Assembly (NCBI RefSeq): GCF_963921235.1 | Contig: NC_086097.1 | Location: 208,198,001-208,262,000, forward strand | Length of the DNA stretch: 64,000 nt | Reading direction: 5' to 3' | From: Mobula hypostoma | Lineage: Eukaryota | Shown: one piece after another, positions 11,746 to 25,426 of the stretch | Numbering within the stretch: the first letter of the stretch is position 1 | Layout: each line of letters starts with the position of its first letter | The notes under the pieces: model-generated | The model's input: only the letters and a program-made list of their open reading frames with translations | What the model was told of the DNA's origin: nothing | The model's database searches: none | Translations under genes and position numbers: made by a program

Positions 11746-14400
11746 GAAACATAGAATAGTACAGCAGATTACAGGCCCTTCGGCCCACAAAGTTGTGCTG
11801 ACCTTCAAACCCTGCCTCACATATAACCCCCCACCTTAAATTCCTCCATATACCTGTCGAGTAGTCTCTTAAACTTCACTAGTGTATCTGCCTCCACCAC
11901 TGACTCAGGCAGTGCATTCCATGCACCGACCGCTCTCTGAGTAAAAAACCTTCCTCTAATATCCCCCTTGAACTTCCCACCCCTTACCTTAAAGCCATGT
12001 CCTCTTGTATTGAGCAGTGGTGCCCTGGGGAAGAGGTGCTGGTTATCCACTCTATCTATTCCTCTTATTATCTTGTACACCTCTATCATGTCTCCTCTCA
12101 TCCTCCTTCACTCCAAAGAGTAAAGCCCTAGCTCCCTTAATCTCTGATCATAATGTATACTCTCTAAATCAGGCAGCATCCTGGTAAATCTCCTCTGTAC
12201 CCTTTCCAATGCTTCCACATCCTTCCTATAGTGAGGTGACCAGAACTGGACACAGTACTCCAAGTGTGGCCTAACCGGAGTTTTATAGAGCTGCATCATT
12301 ACATCGCGACTCTTAAACTCTACCCCTTGACTTATGAAAACTAACACCCCATAAGCTTTCTTAACTACCCAATCTACCTGTGCGGCAAATTTCAGGGATC
12401 TGTGGACATGTACCCCCAGATCCCTCTGCTCCACACTACCAAGTATCCTGCCATTTACTTTGTACTCTGCCTGGGAGTTTGTCCTTCCAAAGTGTACCAC
12501 CTCACACTTCTCCGGGTTGAACTCCATCTGCCACTTCTCAGCCCACTTCTGCATCCTATCAATGTCTCTCTGCAAGCTTTGACAATCCTCTACACTATCT
12601 ACAACACCACCAACCTTTGTGTCGTCTGCAAACTTGCCAACCCATCCTTCTACCCCCACATCCAGGTCGTTAATAAAAATCACGAAAAGTAGAGGTCCCA
12701 GAACAGATCCTTGTGGGACACCACTAGTCACAATCCTCCAATCTGAATGTACTCCCTCCACCACCACCCTCTGCCTTCTGCAGGCAAGCCAATTCTGAAT
12801 CCACCTGGCCAAACGTCCCTGGATCCCATGCTTTCTGACTTTCTGAATAAGCCTACCGTGTGGAACCTTGTTAAATGCCTTACTAAAATCCATATAGATC
12901 ACATCCACTGCTTTACCCTCATCTATATGCCTGGTCACCTCCTTGAAGAACTCTATCAGGCTTGTTAATCATGATCTCCCCTTCACAAAGCCATGCTGAC
13001 TGTCCCTGATCAGACCATAATTCTCTAAATGCCCATAGATCCTATCTCTACGAATCTTTTCCAACAGCTTTCCCACCACAGACGTAAGGCTCACTGGTCT
13101 ATAATTACCTGGACTATCCCTACTACCTTTTTTGAACAAAGGGACAACATTCGCCTCCCTCCAATCCTCCGGTACCATTCCTGTGGACAACGAGGACATA
13201 AAGATCCTAGCCAGAGGCTCAGCAATCTCTTCCCTCGCCTCCTGGAGCAGCCTGGGAGATATTCCTTCAGGCTCCGGGGACTTATCTGTCCTAATGTATT
13301 TTAACAACTCCAACACCTTCTCTAGCTTAATATCAACATGCTCCAGAACATCAACCTCACTCATATTGTCCTCACCATCATCAAGTTCCCTCTCATTGGT
13401 GAATACTGAAGAAAAGTATTTAATGAGGACCTCGCTCACTTCCACAGCCTCCAGGCACATCTTCCCACCTTTATCTCTAAACGGTCCTACCTTCACTCCT
13501 GTCATCGTTTTGTTCTTCACATAATTGAAGAATGTCTTGGGGTTTTCCTTTACCCTACTTGCCAAAGCCTTCTCATGCTCCCCTCTTGCTCTTCTCAGCC
13601 CCTTCTTAATCTCCTTTCTTGCTTCCCTATAATCCTCAATAGACCCATCTGATCCTTGCTTCCTAAACCTCATGTATGCTGCCTTCTTCCACCTGACTAG
13701 ATTTTCCACCTCACTTGTCACCCATGGTTCCTTCACCCTACCATTCTTTATCTTCCTCACCAGGACAAATTTATCCCTAACATCCTGCTAGAAATCTCTA
13801 AACATCGACCACATGTCCATAGTACATTTCCCTGCAAAAACATCATCCCAATTCACACCCGCAAGTTCTAGCCTTATAGCCTCATAATCTGCCCTTCCCC
13901 AATTAAATATTTTCCTGTCCTCTCTGATTCTATCCTTTTCCATGATAATGCTAAAGGCCAAGGAGCGGTGGTCACTGTCCCCCAGATGCTCACCCACTGA
14001 GAGATCTGTGACCTGACCCGGTTCATTACCTAGTACTAGATCTAGTATGGCATTCCCCCTGGTCGGCCTGTCAACATACTGTGACAGGAATCCGTCCTGG
14101 ACACACTTAACAAACTCTGCCCCATCTAAACTCTTGGAACTAATCAGGTGCCGATCAACATTAGGGAAGTTAAAGTCACCCATGATAACAACTCTGTTAT
14201 TTTTGCACCTTTCCAAAATCTGCCTCCCAATCTGCTCCTCTGTATCTCTGCTGCTACCAGGGGGCCTATAGAATACCCCCAGTAGAGTAACTGCTCCCTT
14301 CCTGTTCCTGACTTCCACCCATACTGACTCAAAAGAGGATCCTGCTACATTACCCACCCTTTCTGTAGCTGTAATAGTATCCCTGACCAGTAATGCCACC
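11746..14400 (-). mobile_element. CR1 LINE (subfamily B), 5'-truncated, endonuclease C-half plus RT, inserted in Gypsy protease
   Basis: GDFNFP and SDH (APE); [29 protein letters not shown] (RT). Gypsy reading resumes at 14401 (YVDIS...GPSLLG.DWL). Confidence 0.95.
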
Positions 14401-16885
14401 AGTTATACGTGGACATTTCAGCCGGGGTCAGAAGGCTGAAGTCAGGCTGGTGATAGCTAAGGGCAAGGGGCCCAGTCTTTTGGGTCACGATTGGCTTCAC
14501 AAAATCCGTCTCAACTGGCATGAAATCAAGTATTCTGCATTCTGCAGCAGTACAGTGACGTTTTCGGGGACGAGCTGGGAACACTGAAGGGCATGACAGT
14601 GAAACTCCATGTCGACCCTGAGGCTACATCACGTTTTTTTAAGCCCAGGTCGGTGCCCTATGCCGTGAAAGGCAAAATCGAGAAGAAGCTGGGACGTTTA
14701 CAGAGGCTGGGCATTATTGACCCTGTCCAGTTTTCAAGGTGGGCGGCTCCCATTGTTCCAGTATTGGAGGCAGACAAAACGGTGAGGATATATGGGGATT
14801 ATAAGCTTACGGTGAATCAGGTCTCTAGGCTGGAGGACTACCCATTGCCACGGGTGGATGACCTGTTTGCGACCCTGTCAGGGGGTAAGCTGTTCACAAA
14901 GCTGGACGTGAGCCACGCCTACCAACAGCTGCTGCTCGACGAGGATTCAGAGGAGTACGTCACAATTAATACCCACAAGGGATTATTCAAGTACAATCGC
15001 CTGGTGTTTGGAGTGGCGTCCAGCCCTGCCACTTTCCAAAGGACAATGGACACTTTGCTGCAGGTGATTCCGCACATAGCAGTGTACCTTGATGATATTT
15101 TGATCATGGGGGCTACGGAGGTGGAGCATCTGCCAATTTAGAGCGGGCGCTGAAGAGGCTCTCAGACGCAGGGCTGCGGTTGAAACGTGGAAAATGTGTG
15201 TTCCTGGCATCGAGTGTGACTTACCTTGGACACAAGATCACAGCTGAGGGGCTTTGCCCTGTGGAGGACAAAGTGAGAGCTATTAAGGAGGCCCCAAGCC
15301 CTAAGACCGTCACGGAACTCAGATTATTTTTAGGCAAGGTGAATTTTATGGCAAGTTTCTTTCTGACCTCTCAGGGGTTTTGACCCACTGTATAAGCTGC
15401 TTCACAATGACACTGAGTGGCAATAGGGTGAAGAGCAGGAGAAAGCTTTCAAGGAAGTAAAAGAACTCCTCCACTCAGCAAAGCTGCTTGTTCACTATGA
15501 CCCAGACAAGGAGATCACCCTGGCATGCGATGCCTCACCCCATGGAGTCCGGGCAGTTCTCTCACATGTAATGGAGGACCGTTCAGAGAAGCCTATTGGT
15601 TTTACTTCACGTACCCTGACAGCTGCTGAGAAGGAATATTCACAGCTAGACAAAGAAGGTCTGGCCATCGTTTTTGCGGTCAAACGCTTTCATCAGTACC
15701 TTTATGGACACGTATTTACAATTTATACGGACCATAAACCACTGATGAGCCTGTTCAGTGAGACTAGATGCATCCCACCGCAAGCCTCAGCCAGGATACA
15801 GCACTGGGCTCTTACATTGTCAGCCTACCAATATACTATAGTGTACAGAGCAGGTGGGGATAATGTAAACGCCAATGCACTGAGTCGATTATCTTTGCCT
15901 GAGATACCTGTTACTACATATGTGCCTCCAGAGACTGTGTTTTCATTGGAGAGACAGTCAGAGACACCTGTAAAGGCGACCCAGATCAAGCAGTGGACAG
16001 AGAGGGACCCAGTCCTGTCCCAAGTCAAAACCTTTCTTTTGCAAGGTTGGCCCAGAGTCGTGGAAGGAGAGGAACTGAGGCCTTGTGCCAAACGCAAGAC
16101 AGAACTCAGTCTGCAGGATGGCTGCATTTTCTGGGGGGAGAGGGTCATCGTGCCTCCCCCTGGCCGTTCACAGATTGTGGAGGAAATTCATGAGACTCAC
16201 CCAGGAGTGTCTCGAATGAAAAGCCTTGCAAGATCCTATGTTTGGTGGCCAAGAATAGATCAGGATCTGGAGAATAAGGTAAAATCATGCACGCAATGTC
16301 AGACTAATCAGAATATGCACCACCAGCTCCTTTGCACCCATGGGAGTGGACAGACTACCCCTGTCTAGGCTACATTTGGACTTTGCTGGCCCTTTTATGG
16401 GGCAGATGTTTCTTGTAATGGTACATGCGCATTCTACATGGATCGAAGCTCACATCATGAGCAACATCACAGCACCCTCAACCATAGACAAACTCAGGCA
16501 AGTGTTTTCAGTCCATGGGTTCTCTGACATTCTGGTCACTGATAATGGCCCGACGTGCACCAGTGAGCTGTTCAGTGAGTTCATGCAGCAGAATGGCATT
16601 CATCACATTCGGACGGCCCCTTTCCACCCAGCCTCCAATGGTTTGGCTGAGCGGGCTGTTCAGACAGTGAGGGAAGGCCTGAAGCAGATGACAGGGGACT
16701 CCCTTAGCATTTGGCTTTCATGTTTCCTGTTTAAATATCGCCTCACGCCACAGACTACGACTGCCCGCACTCCAGCAGAGATGCTGATGGGGCGTAGGCC
16801 CAAGTCAAGATTGGACCTACTGCGCCCGGACATGAAGGCAAAAGTGGAGAGAAAGCAGGAAAAGCAGAAGGAAGGACGTGATTAA
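14401..16885 (+). pseudogene. pol: Gypsy pol: protease C-term, RT, RNase H, integrase (stops/frameshifts)
   Basis: WAAPIVPV...GDYKLTVN, YLDDILI (RT); CDAS, YSQLDKEGLAIVFAVKRFHQYL, TDHKPL (RH); HETHPGVSRMK..ARSYVWWP..C..C, DFAGPF, TDNG, HPASNGLAER (IN). Confidence 0.92.
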
Positions 16886-17511
16886 CATGCACGAGAGAGG
16901 CAGTTAAAACCGGACGACAATGTCTATGTGAGAAACAATCAGCAATGGCTGCCTGGGGTTATTCTTAAACAGAGTGGTCCCATCTCCTATTTTGTTAAGC
17001 TGACTGTTAAGCTGTTTTCCACAGTCATCAGGACCATGTGCGCCTGCGTCATGATACTGGCTCAGAGGCAGACAGTTCCATGGAGTTTCCATTTGTGAGT
17101 CAGACTACAGTGGAAGCATGTCCACCATTGACTTTGCCAGAGGACGAGACGCTGGCAGAGGGGTCGTGGTCCCCTGAAGAGGATGGACATTCTCACACAG
17201 ACACACAGACCCCTCTCATGACCCCAACACCAGACCCACCATCACCAGCAGTGCCTGCTGGGTCACCGGGGGGTAGTGCGCAGATCACAGCGCACTCGTA
17301 AACCTCCTGACAGACTGTATCTTTGATGGGACAGTTTATTTTGTTGTTGGATTGAATGTTGAATCTGTCATGTTTTCCAGATGTTTTGTATTGATAAACT
17401 GTTGCTGAGATACTAGTATAAGTTTTCAGGGGTACGCAAGTTAATAACACCACTGTTTTTATTTCCTAGTTTTTTACATTTTGGGAATGTTGGATTTTAA
17501 ATGGGGAGAAG

Positions 17512-17739
17512 TGTTGTAATGTGAGCATTATTAAAAGTAAGTTAATACTAATTAGGATAATGGGGGATTTTACTTCCGTTCGTTTTACTTCCGGTGAGCT
17601 CTGTATATAGTGTTTCTGCCATGACATACGGGTTGTGAAAGCCTCTGTATATACATAATGGTTTTGACATTCAAAATAAAGTTGTTTCTTTGGGCATGAA
17701 GTTGTCAAGTGTGCCTTTTTCAAAGTAGAAGTTACCACA
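17512..17739 (+). repeat. 3' LTR
   Basis: Direct repeat of 10503-10730, preceded by a polypurine tract. Confidence 0.95.
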
Positions 17740-18542
17740 ATAACTATATTCTATTCACTTTAATAGAATGAGTGTATGATTCACTTGGTAGCAAGCATTG
17801 TGGAAATTGATTGATAGAATGGTCAACTTCATAGAATCAAACATCTTATTCTCCTTAAGTGTCACAAGTGTCACTACAGTGAGCATCATAATATCAATAT
17901 AATTTAGTGTATTTCCAAAGCCATAATCCCAGAGTGAACTGCCACTAACTGTTGATGAGCACTGAGAAAAGATGCTTCTTTTCAGAGTTATCTTTTTCCT
18001 TGTTCACCACACCAGGAACCCAGCCATTTTTTAAATGAACCTTGAATATTTTATGTAACTGTTTAATTTTGACTTTTTAGGTCACCTTATTTGAGAAGAA
18101 ATATCAAGGACATGGAGAAATTGCAGTGTTGTTTCATTGATGACACGATTGATAAGAATATACAGTTTCTTTTACTAAAATAGACTCCTTTGTTAAGAGT
18201 GAGAAGAAATCTGCTTCGGGTGTTGAGTGCATCATTAACAAGAAGGCAAAAATGCAAGGATGATCATCCTTCTTCCTGCTACCACCCACCTTCCATTCCC
18301 TCCCTCAGCCTCTTCTGAGCCAGAGCCTTTCTTACTTCTTGGGATCTCACTTAGACAAAGGCTGTTTAGAAGCCTAGAGATCGGAGGTATTTTTGTGGAG
18401 CACAGGAAGCTGGAGATAACAGCTCCCAGTGAAGTGACAAGGGACTGGCTTTACAAGTATATAAGCAGCAAGGAGGCCAATTGTTGGATAATCAGCAAAG
18501 AGCTCCTCAAATGGAGTCATGAACAAACCTGAAACAAAGGAC

Positions 18543-19366
18543 ATGGCAGATGGAGTTTAATGCTGAAAAATGTGAGGTGCTACATTTTGGTAGGGCTAAT
18601 CAAAATAGGACATACATGGTAAATGGTAGGGCATTGAAGAATGCTGTAGAACAGAGGGATCTACGAATAATGGTGCAAAGTTCTCTGAAGGTGGAATCTC
18701 ATGTGGATAGGGCGGTGAAGAAAGCTTTTGGTTTGCTGGCCTTTATTAATCAGAGCATTGAGTATAGGAGTTGAGATGTAATGTTGAAATTGTATAAGGC
18801 ATTGGTAAGGCCAAATTTGGAGTATTGTGTACAGTTCTGGTCACCGAATTATAGGAAAGATGTCAATAAAATTGAGAGAGTACAGAAGAGGCTTACTAAA
18901 ATGTTGCCTGGGTTTCATCTTCTAAGTTACAGAGAAAATTTGAACAAGTTAGGTCTTTATTCTTTGGAGCGTAGAAGGTTGAGGGGGGACTTGATAGAGG
19001 TGTTTAAAATTATGAGGGGGATCGACAGAGTTGACGTGGATAGATTTTTTCCATTGAGAGTGGGGGAGATTCAAACAAGAAGACATGAGTTGAGAGTTAA
19101 AGGACAAAAGTTTAGGGGTAACATGAGGGGGAACTTCTTTACTCAGAGAGTGGTGGCTGTGTGGAACGAGCTTCCAGCAGAAGTGGTTGAGGGAGGTTCA
19201 ATGTTGTCGTTTAAAGTTAATTTGGATAGATATATGGACAGGAAGGGAATGGAGGGTTATGGACCGAGTGCAGGTCGGTGGGACTAGGTGAGAGTAGGAG
19301 ATCGGAACGGACTAGAAGGGCCGATATGGCCTGTTTCCATGCTGTAATTGTTATATGGTTATATGG
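18543..19366 (+). mobile_element. CR1 LINE 3' fragment
   Basis: WQMEFNAEKCEVLHFG...LYKALVRPNLEYCVQFWSP...FFTQRVVAVWNELP; (ATATGGTT)n tail. Confidence 0.92.
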
Positions 19367-20049
19367 ACTTATGTCAGGCCCATCAGCTTCAACTTACTTC
19401 GTTTATTGATAATGCCTTGCACATGGAAAAGTCTTTTGATATTCAATATAATACAGTGCTTATATTTTCTATGAATACCTCTTCGTTCTCCCTTTTTTCT
19501 CTACTTTAGCCTTGCGGGCTCCAGTTATGGCTCTACTCATTCAATTGTTATTTTTCCAATTTAGGTTTTGTAACACCATGAACCACACCAAACCTAATCA
19601 CACTACATGCTGAATTCACCTCTTTTAGGATGGCCATAAAGAACCAATCTTCAATGGCTGAACTGCTTCCAATAACCTGCCAACTTAGCTGCTGAGGCTA
19701 CTCTGAGAGCCAGAACAAGCAATGACTTGGCTAAAGCAACATAAACCAAGATCTTGTTAAGAGCTAGCCCTGACCAGCTGAGACGAGTTGATAAATATTT
19801 AAATAGCACAAAAAGTTCAAAAGTATTAATAAAATAATTTTGAAAGTTAACTTACAAAACATATTACATTCATGTAAATTTATTAAAACACTATTCTTGA
19901 TTAATATGGAAGGAAAATGAATACATCCTTCACCTAATTTTCCCATCTATTTGAATGAATAGGATGCACAGGTTGCATCATTTATAGTGAGCTTAAAGCT
20001 GAATGTATCTGACCTCTCAGCTCAGTCTCAGATCAAAGGCTATTGCAAA

Positions 20050-20496
20050 AATGTATAGATGGACAGTGGAGAGCATTCTGACTTGTTAAATCACAGACTA
20101 TTAAAGGCCCTCCTATATGTAGGTTCGCAAGAGGGTGCAGAGGTTTGTGGACTCAGACAGCTCCATCACAGGCACAACCCTCCCAACCATTGAGGACATC
20201 TTCAACAGGCACAGCCTCAAGAAGGCGGCATCCAGCATTAAAGACACTCAACATTTGGGACATGCTCTCTTCGTGTTACTACCATCAGAAAGCCTGATGA
20301 CCCACACTCGATGTTTTACAAACAATTTCTTCCCCTCTATCATCAAATTTCCGAATGGTCCATGAACATGTAACTATTACCTCATTTTTCCTCTTTACAT
20401 TATTTATTTATTTTGTAGTTTACATTAATTTTATGCCTTGCATTGTACTGCTGTCACAATGTATATAAGTGATATTAAATCTGCTTCTGATTCTGT
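20050..20496 (+). mobile_element. Rex1/Babar LINE 3' fragment
   Basis: ITGTTLPTIEDIF...KKAASSIKDTQHLGHALF.LLPS; ctgattctg tail. Confidence 0.75.
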
Positions 20497-20807
20497 AAGC
20501 AAAGCAACTCACTGGATTTTTGCTGAGTTCAGGGAAGGAGAGTGAGATCAAATGTATGCTGTCGATGTCCATTCTTCAACACCAAAGCGTGGATGTCTGG
20601 AATGCAATGTTATGTTCACTGACCTATTCCACAGTTCTTTGTGGACTTATGTCCTCAATACTCATCTCCAGTGAATATCACCTTCTAGGTTCAGAATTAT
20701 TGTCTGACATCAGTATCAGGGGAAATGCTAAAAACTTTTATTAAAGAAATTATAGCATGGCAGTTGTCAAATAATAATAGGATTAAGCAGAGCCACATAC
20801 ATGTCCA

Positions 20808-21302
20808 TGGTTGTCTGCTGCAGTAACCCATCTACTTCAAGGTTTGATGGGTTGTGTGTTCAGAGATGCTCTTCTGAACACCACTGTTGTAATGTAGGGT
20901 TATTTGAGTTACAGTCTCCTTCCTTTCAGTTTGAACCAGTTTGGTCATTCAGTTCATGAATAAAGCATTTTTACCCACGGAGCGGATGCTCACAAGAGGT
21001 TTTTCTGTTTTTTTTTTCCCACATCATTCTCTGTAAATTCTAGAGACTGTTGTGTGTAAAAATCCCAAAAGATCAGCAGTTTCTGAGATAATCATACCAC
21101 CCTTTCTGGCACAGAGATCATTCTAGGGACAAAGTCACCTAGACCACATTTCTTCCCCATTCTGATGATTGGTCTGAACAATTGAACCTCTTGACTATAT
21201 CTGCATGCTTTCATGCATCAAATTGCTACCATGTGATTGGCTGATTAGATGTTTACAAACGAGCATGTATACAGGAGTACCTAATAAAGTGGCCACAGAG
21301 TG
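20808..21302 (-). mobile_element. Tc1-like DNA transposon remnant (one terminus)
   Basis: Ends in tacctaataaagtggccacagagtg|TA, matching the recalled fish Tc1 TIR CACTC...GGCCACTTTATTAGGTA. The other TIR was not found. Confidence 0.65.
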
Positions 21303-21339
21303 TAGATTTATGAAAAGAAAATCTTGTTTAAAAATCAGT

Positions 21340-22130
21340 TAGGATTTTTTGAGTTTGTAACTAGCATAAGAAATAAGCATGCAAAATTGGCAAACACATG
21401 TGTGGACATTCACCTTGGAAAAAAAGGTGGTACAATTTTTTTAAATACAGATGGACCTGAGAGACCTAGGTATACTTGTACACAGAAAACTGTAACTAGT
21501 TGTGCAATACAGCAAGAAATTAGGATGTAATTATCCTGTTAGCCTTTATTGAAAGAGGACTTGAACACCAGAGTAAAGATGCCTTCCTGCTCTCTATGTG
21601 GTTGCTTAGGGCTTTAAAAAGACATGAGCTAAAGTGCTTTGCTTATTGAAAGGAGAATATTTTTGTGATAGAGGGAGTGCAGTAAAAACTTGCCAGATTG
21701 ATTCCTAGGATTGAAGATACATTACTTAAGAAAAGATTAAGCAGACTGAACCTTTATTCTCTTAAATTTAAAAGATTAATAAATCTCATTGAATTCTTAT
21801 GGGGCTTGACAAAGTACACATAAAGATGCAGCCTTCCTGGAAACAAGGTATTGAAAAGTCCAAAAATAAGAAATCTACTATTCCAGTTTGAAAATATTCT
21901 TTTTCCCCAGTTGGTAGTGAATCTTTAGAATCCACCACCCAAGAACACCATAGAGGCTATTGCAGAGTATAATCAAGACAGAGGCCAATAGATTTTTAGA
22001 TATTAAGGCAATTAAGTGATACTCATACAGTGGCAGAAAAGAGCAAAAGATCAAACATAATCTTGTTGACTGATGGACCAGGCACAAGGGGCAGAGTGGT
22101 GTGCTCTTGCTTCTATTTCTTATTCTTTTA
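21340..22130 (+). mobile_element. Highly decayed CR1 3' region
   Basis: Degenerate iegvq..farlip, lysl.f.rl and ff.qlvvnl.np segments. Confidence 0.55.
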
Positions 22131-22223
22131 TGTCCCTGTGCCCCACTGCCCCAAAGCATTCACATCTCCTCATGCAGATTCAAGCATCACTGCAAATGTA
22201 TGCACAATCTTTAAAATTATTGT

Positions 22224-22770
22224 TGGAAGGAGCTGTAATGTTTCACTGCTAAGGCTAATAAAATGGCTTCTCTGTAATGTTCACTGTTGAGGTAATGGTT
22301 TCTCTGTAGCAGCAATGTTTGGGTTATGGCTGGAGATAACAGGACTATGGTATGCATGTTAGCCAATCAGGAGATTGTTGCTCTGTCTTGTGAATCTGGA
22401 AGGAGATTTTTCAGGGTCTTTTGCCAGGGAGAGATGAGGAGAGAAGACACCAATGGAAAGATTTGGTAGACCACCGGACAGGGTGGACTTGGAGCGAGGG
22501 TCCTAAGGGCAGCGACGGTCAGAGGAGGTTAATGCGGGACGCTCGACTTATCAGTGAGCTCCAACTTTGCGCAACAGACTAATTAATAAGAATGGGCCCT
22601 TTTTTTTCCTTTTTCTCGTTTCTTTTCTAACCATATAGTCAAAGTAAGAATTATAAAGCTTAATCATTTAATTGCATATTATGTACTATTTGTTATGAGG
22701 TTTCTTAAGTTTGGCCGGGCCGGGGGCTATCACCTCCTATATTAAGCTGCTAGCCGAAGCGAGAGTTACA
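22224..22770 (+). mobile_element. Solo LTR (547 bp), 4-bp TSD
   Basis: TG...ttaCA flanked by ttgt on both sides (22220-22223, 22771-22774); internal CCAAT box; non-coding. Strand tentative. Confidence 0.7.
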
Positions 22771-23226
22771 TTGTCATCCAGAACAGTTAGGTAGTGCAAA
22801 GTTAAAAGTACTCACCAATATTTGTAGGGAATACTACTAGTAGTCATACTCCATTGAAAACTACAGCCACTCACAACTCTTGCTCCATTTGGCTGCAGCA
22901 TATGCCATCAAAATGCGCTACAATTAGGGAGCAGTTCAAGGCTGTTCTATTAAAGACAGATTGAGATTGGCAATATATCCTTGCATTCCTAACAAAATAC
23001 AGGTTCAAATTATTAATTATAAAGCACCCTCTAGACCCTCTGGAAAAATAAAATATTTTTAAAATATAGTTAAAATAAATGCTACATGAATGAACATATT
23101 TTTGCAGTTGCAGTTATTCATGTTGTGATTTGCTCCTCTAATGCACAACTAAACAAGTGCCTCGTGTTCAGTGTATTTTGAATTGAGAGGTAGAAAATAG
23201 TTAGCTTGGTTAAGAAGAATTAGTGC

Positions 23227-25426
23227 TTGCAAAATCTCATGAGCAGTGGGGCAGTTAAGTGCGGCACCTTTAAGAGTCATCGCCACAGCCGAAAATGTGA
23301 CATGGGAGGTGGGATTCAAGCCAGGCTGAAGTGCAGAGTTATGAGGCCTCCTCTACCCATCATCTTGTTGGCGAACATGCAGTCACTGGAAAATGAGACT
23401 GACGATCTCAGGACAAGGCTGTTTTATCAGAGGCAGGTGAGGCAGATCTCAATTGCTTGCTGCACTGAGACTTGGCTATCAGTGGATGTGCCAGACGCAG
23501 CAGTCAGACCAGGCTTTACGATTTTTAGAATGGATCAAACCACAAACTCTGGTAAGGAAAAGGATCTCATGGATGAATTGGAGACTCAAGACTAGACTAG
23601 AATCAACGAGTGACGCTTGACAGCAGTGGCAGGGCCTGAATGCCATAACCTTCCACAAGATTAAGTCTAGCGACATGGGGACCAGCAGAGCTTCACTTCC
23701 AGGTGAGTTCAATGCCTTCTATGCTCACTTTGACCACCAGAACAGGGAGGAACCATCACACCAACCCTCCCCCTGTCCCCCACCCCTACATCTCCTCATG
23801 ATCCTTTGGTCTCAGTATCTGAAGATGACGTGAGGGCTGATTTAAGAGGGAGAATCCAAGGAAAGCATCTGGTCCGGACAGAGTACCTAGCCAAGTACTG
23901 AAGAGCTGTGCTGACAAACTGGCTAGTCTGTTCACGGATATCTATAACCTCTTGCACTGGCAGTGTGTGGTACCCACCTGCTTCAAGCGGGCTTCAATCA
24001 TACCATTGCCCCAGAAGAGCCTGGTAACCTCCTCAATGACTATCACCCAGTGGCAAGTACATCCACGGGAATGAATTGCTTTGAGAGGCTGGTGTTGAAG
24101 CCTCTCAGCTCTTGTCTGAGCGGCAACGTGGATCTGCTCCAAATTGCCTACTGGAACAACAGAACAACAGCAGATACTATCTCATTGCCTCTTCACACAA
24201 CCCAGAACACCTGGATAGCAAAGATGCAAATACCTACTTCAGGATGCTGTTTGTTGACTGTAGCTCAGTATTTAACACCAGTATTCCTACAGTCCTGATT
24301 GAAAAGCTACAGAAACCTGGGCCTCTGTACCTCCGTCTGCAACTGGATTCTCATCTTCCTAACCAGAAGATCACAATCTGAGGGGATTGGAAATAACATC
24401 TCCACCTCGCTGCCAATTAACATTAGCACTCCACAGGGATGTATGCTTAGCCCACTGTTCTACTCTCTCTACACGCATGACAGTGTGGCTAAGCACAACT
24501 CAAACAGCATCTATAAATTTGCTGATGATACAACTATTGTTGGCAGAATTTCAGCTGTTGACAAAAGGTCGTGCAGGGGTGAGCTATACCAATTAGTTGA
24601 ATCGTATCGCAGCAACAACCTTGCACTCAACATCAGCAAGACCGAAGAGCTGATTGTGGACTTCAGAAAGGGTAAGATGAGGGAACATGAACCAATCCTC
24701 ATAGAGGGATCAGAACTGGAGAGAGTGAGCAATTTCAAGCTCCTGGGTGTCAAGATTTCTGCAGGCCTAACCTGGATGTAACATATTGATGCAGCAATAA
24801 AGAAGGCAAGACAGTGGACATATTTAATTTGGAGTTTGAGGAGATTTAGTTTGTCAACTAAAACACTCAAAAACATCTATAAAAGTACAGTAGAGAACAT
24901 TCTGACTGGCTGCATCACTGCCTGGTGGGGATGGCGGGGGGGGGTGGAAGTTGGGGTGGTGGCTACTGCACAAGATCGAAGTAAGTTGCAGAAACTTTTA
25001 AAGTTATTCAGCGTCATCATGGGCACTAACCTCTGTAGTATCCAAGACTTCTTCAAGCAGCGGTGCCTCTAGAAGGTGATGTCTACCATCAAGGATCCCC
25101 ACCCAGGACATGCTCTCTTCACACTGCTGCCATTGGGAAGGAGGTACAGAAGCTGAAGGCACACAATCAGCAATTCAGGAACAGATTCTTTCCCTCTGTC
25201 ATTCGATTCCTAAACGGACATTGAACCCATGGACACTACCTCACTACTTCTTTATTTCCGTAATTTTGAATTTAACTTAACTATTTAATAGACATATACT
25301 GTATATATTTAATATAACTCAGTTTTTTCTCTATATTTATTTATCATGTATTTCATTGTGTTGTTGCCGTAAAGTTAACAAATTTTGCAACAAGTACCAG
25401 TGACATTCAAACTGATTCTGATTCTG
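23227..25426 (+). mobile_element. Rex1/Babar LINE with endonuclease N-terminus, internal deletion and RT
   Basis: RPPLPIILLANMQSLEN...CCTETWLS (APE start); NDYHPVA, D.SSVFNT, PQGCMLSP, KFADDTT; (CTGATT)n tail at 25412-25426. Confidence 0.88.

Larger units (their letters stand above)
10503..17739 (+). mobile_element. Ty3/Gypsy (Mag-like) LTR retrotransposon with both LTRs, decayed, CR1 inserted
   Basis: 228-bp TG...CA LTRs at 10503-10730 and 17512-17739. 5-bp TSD gtaac/ataac, PBS tggcgacgagg, PPT aatggggagaag, domain order gag-PR-RT-RH-IN. Confidence 0.96.

Noticed and set aside
11255..11839. 194-aa ORF as a host aspartic protease
   Set aside because: Gypsy gag/protease fragment reading into the inserted CR1 tail.
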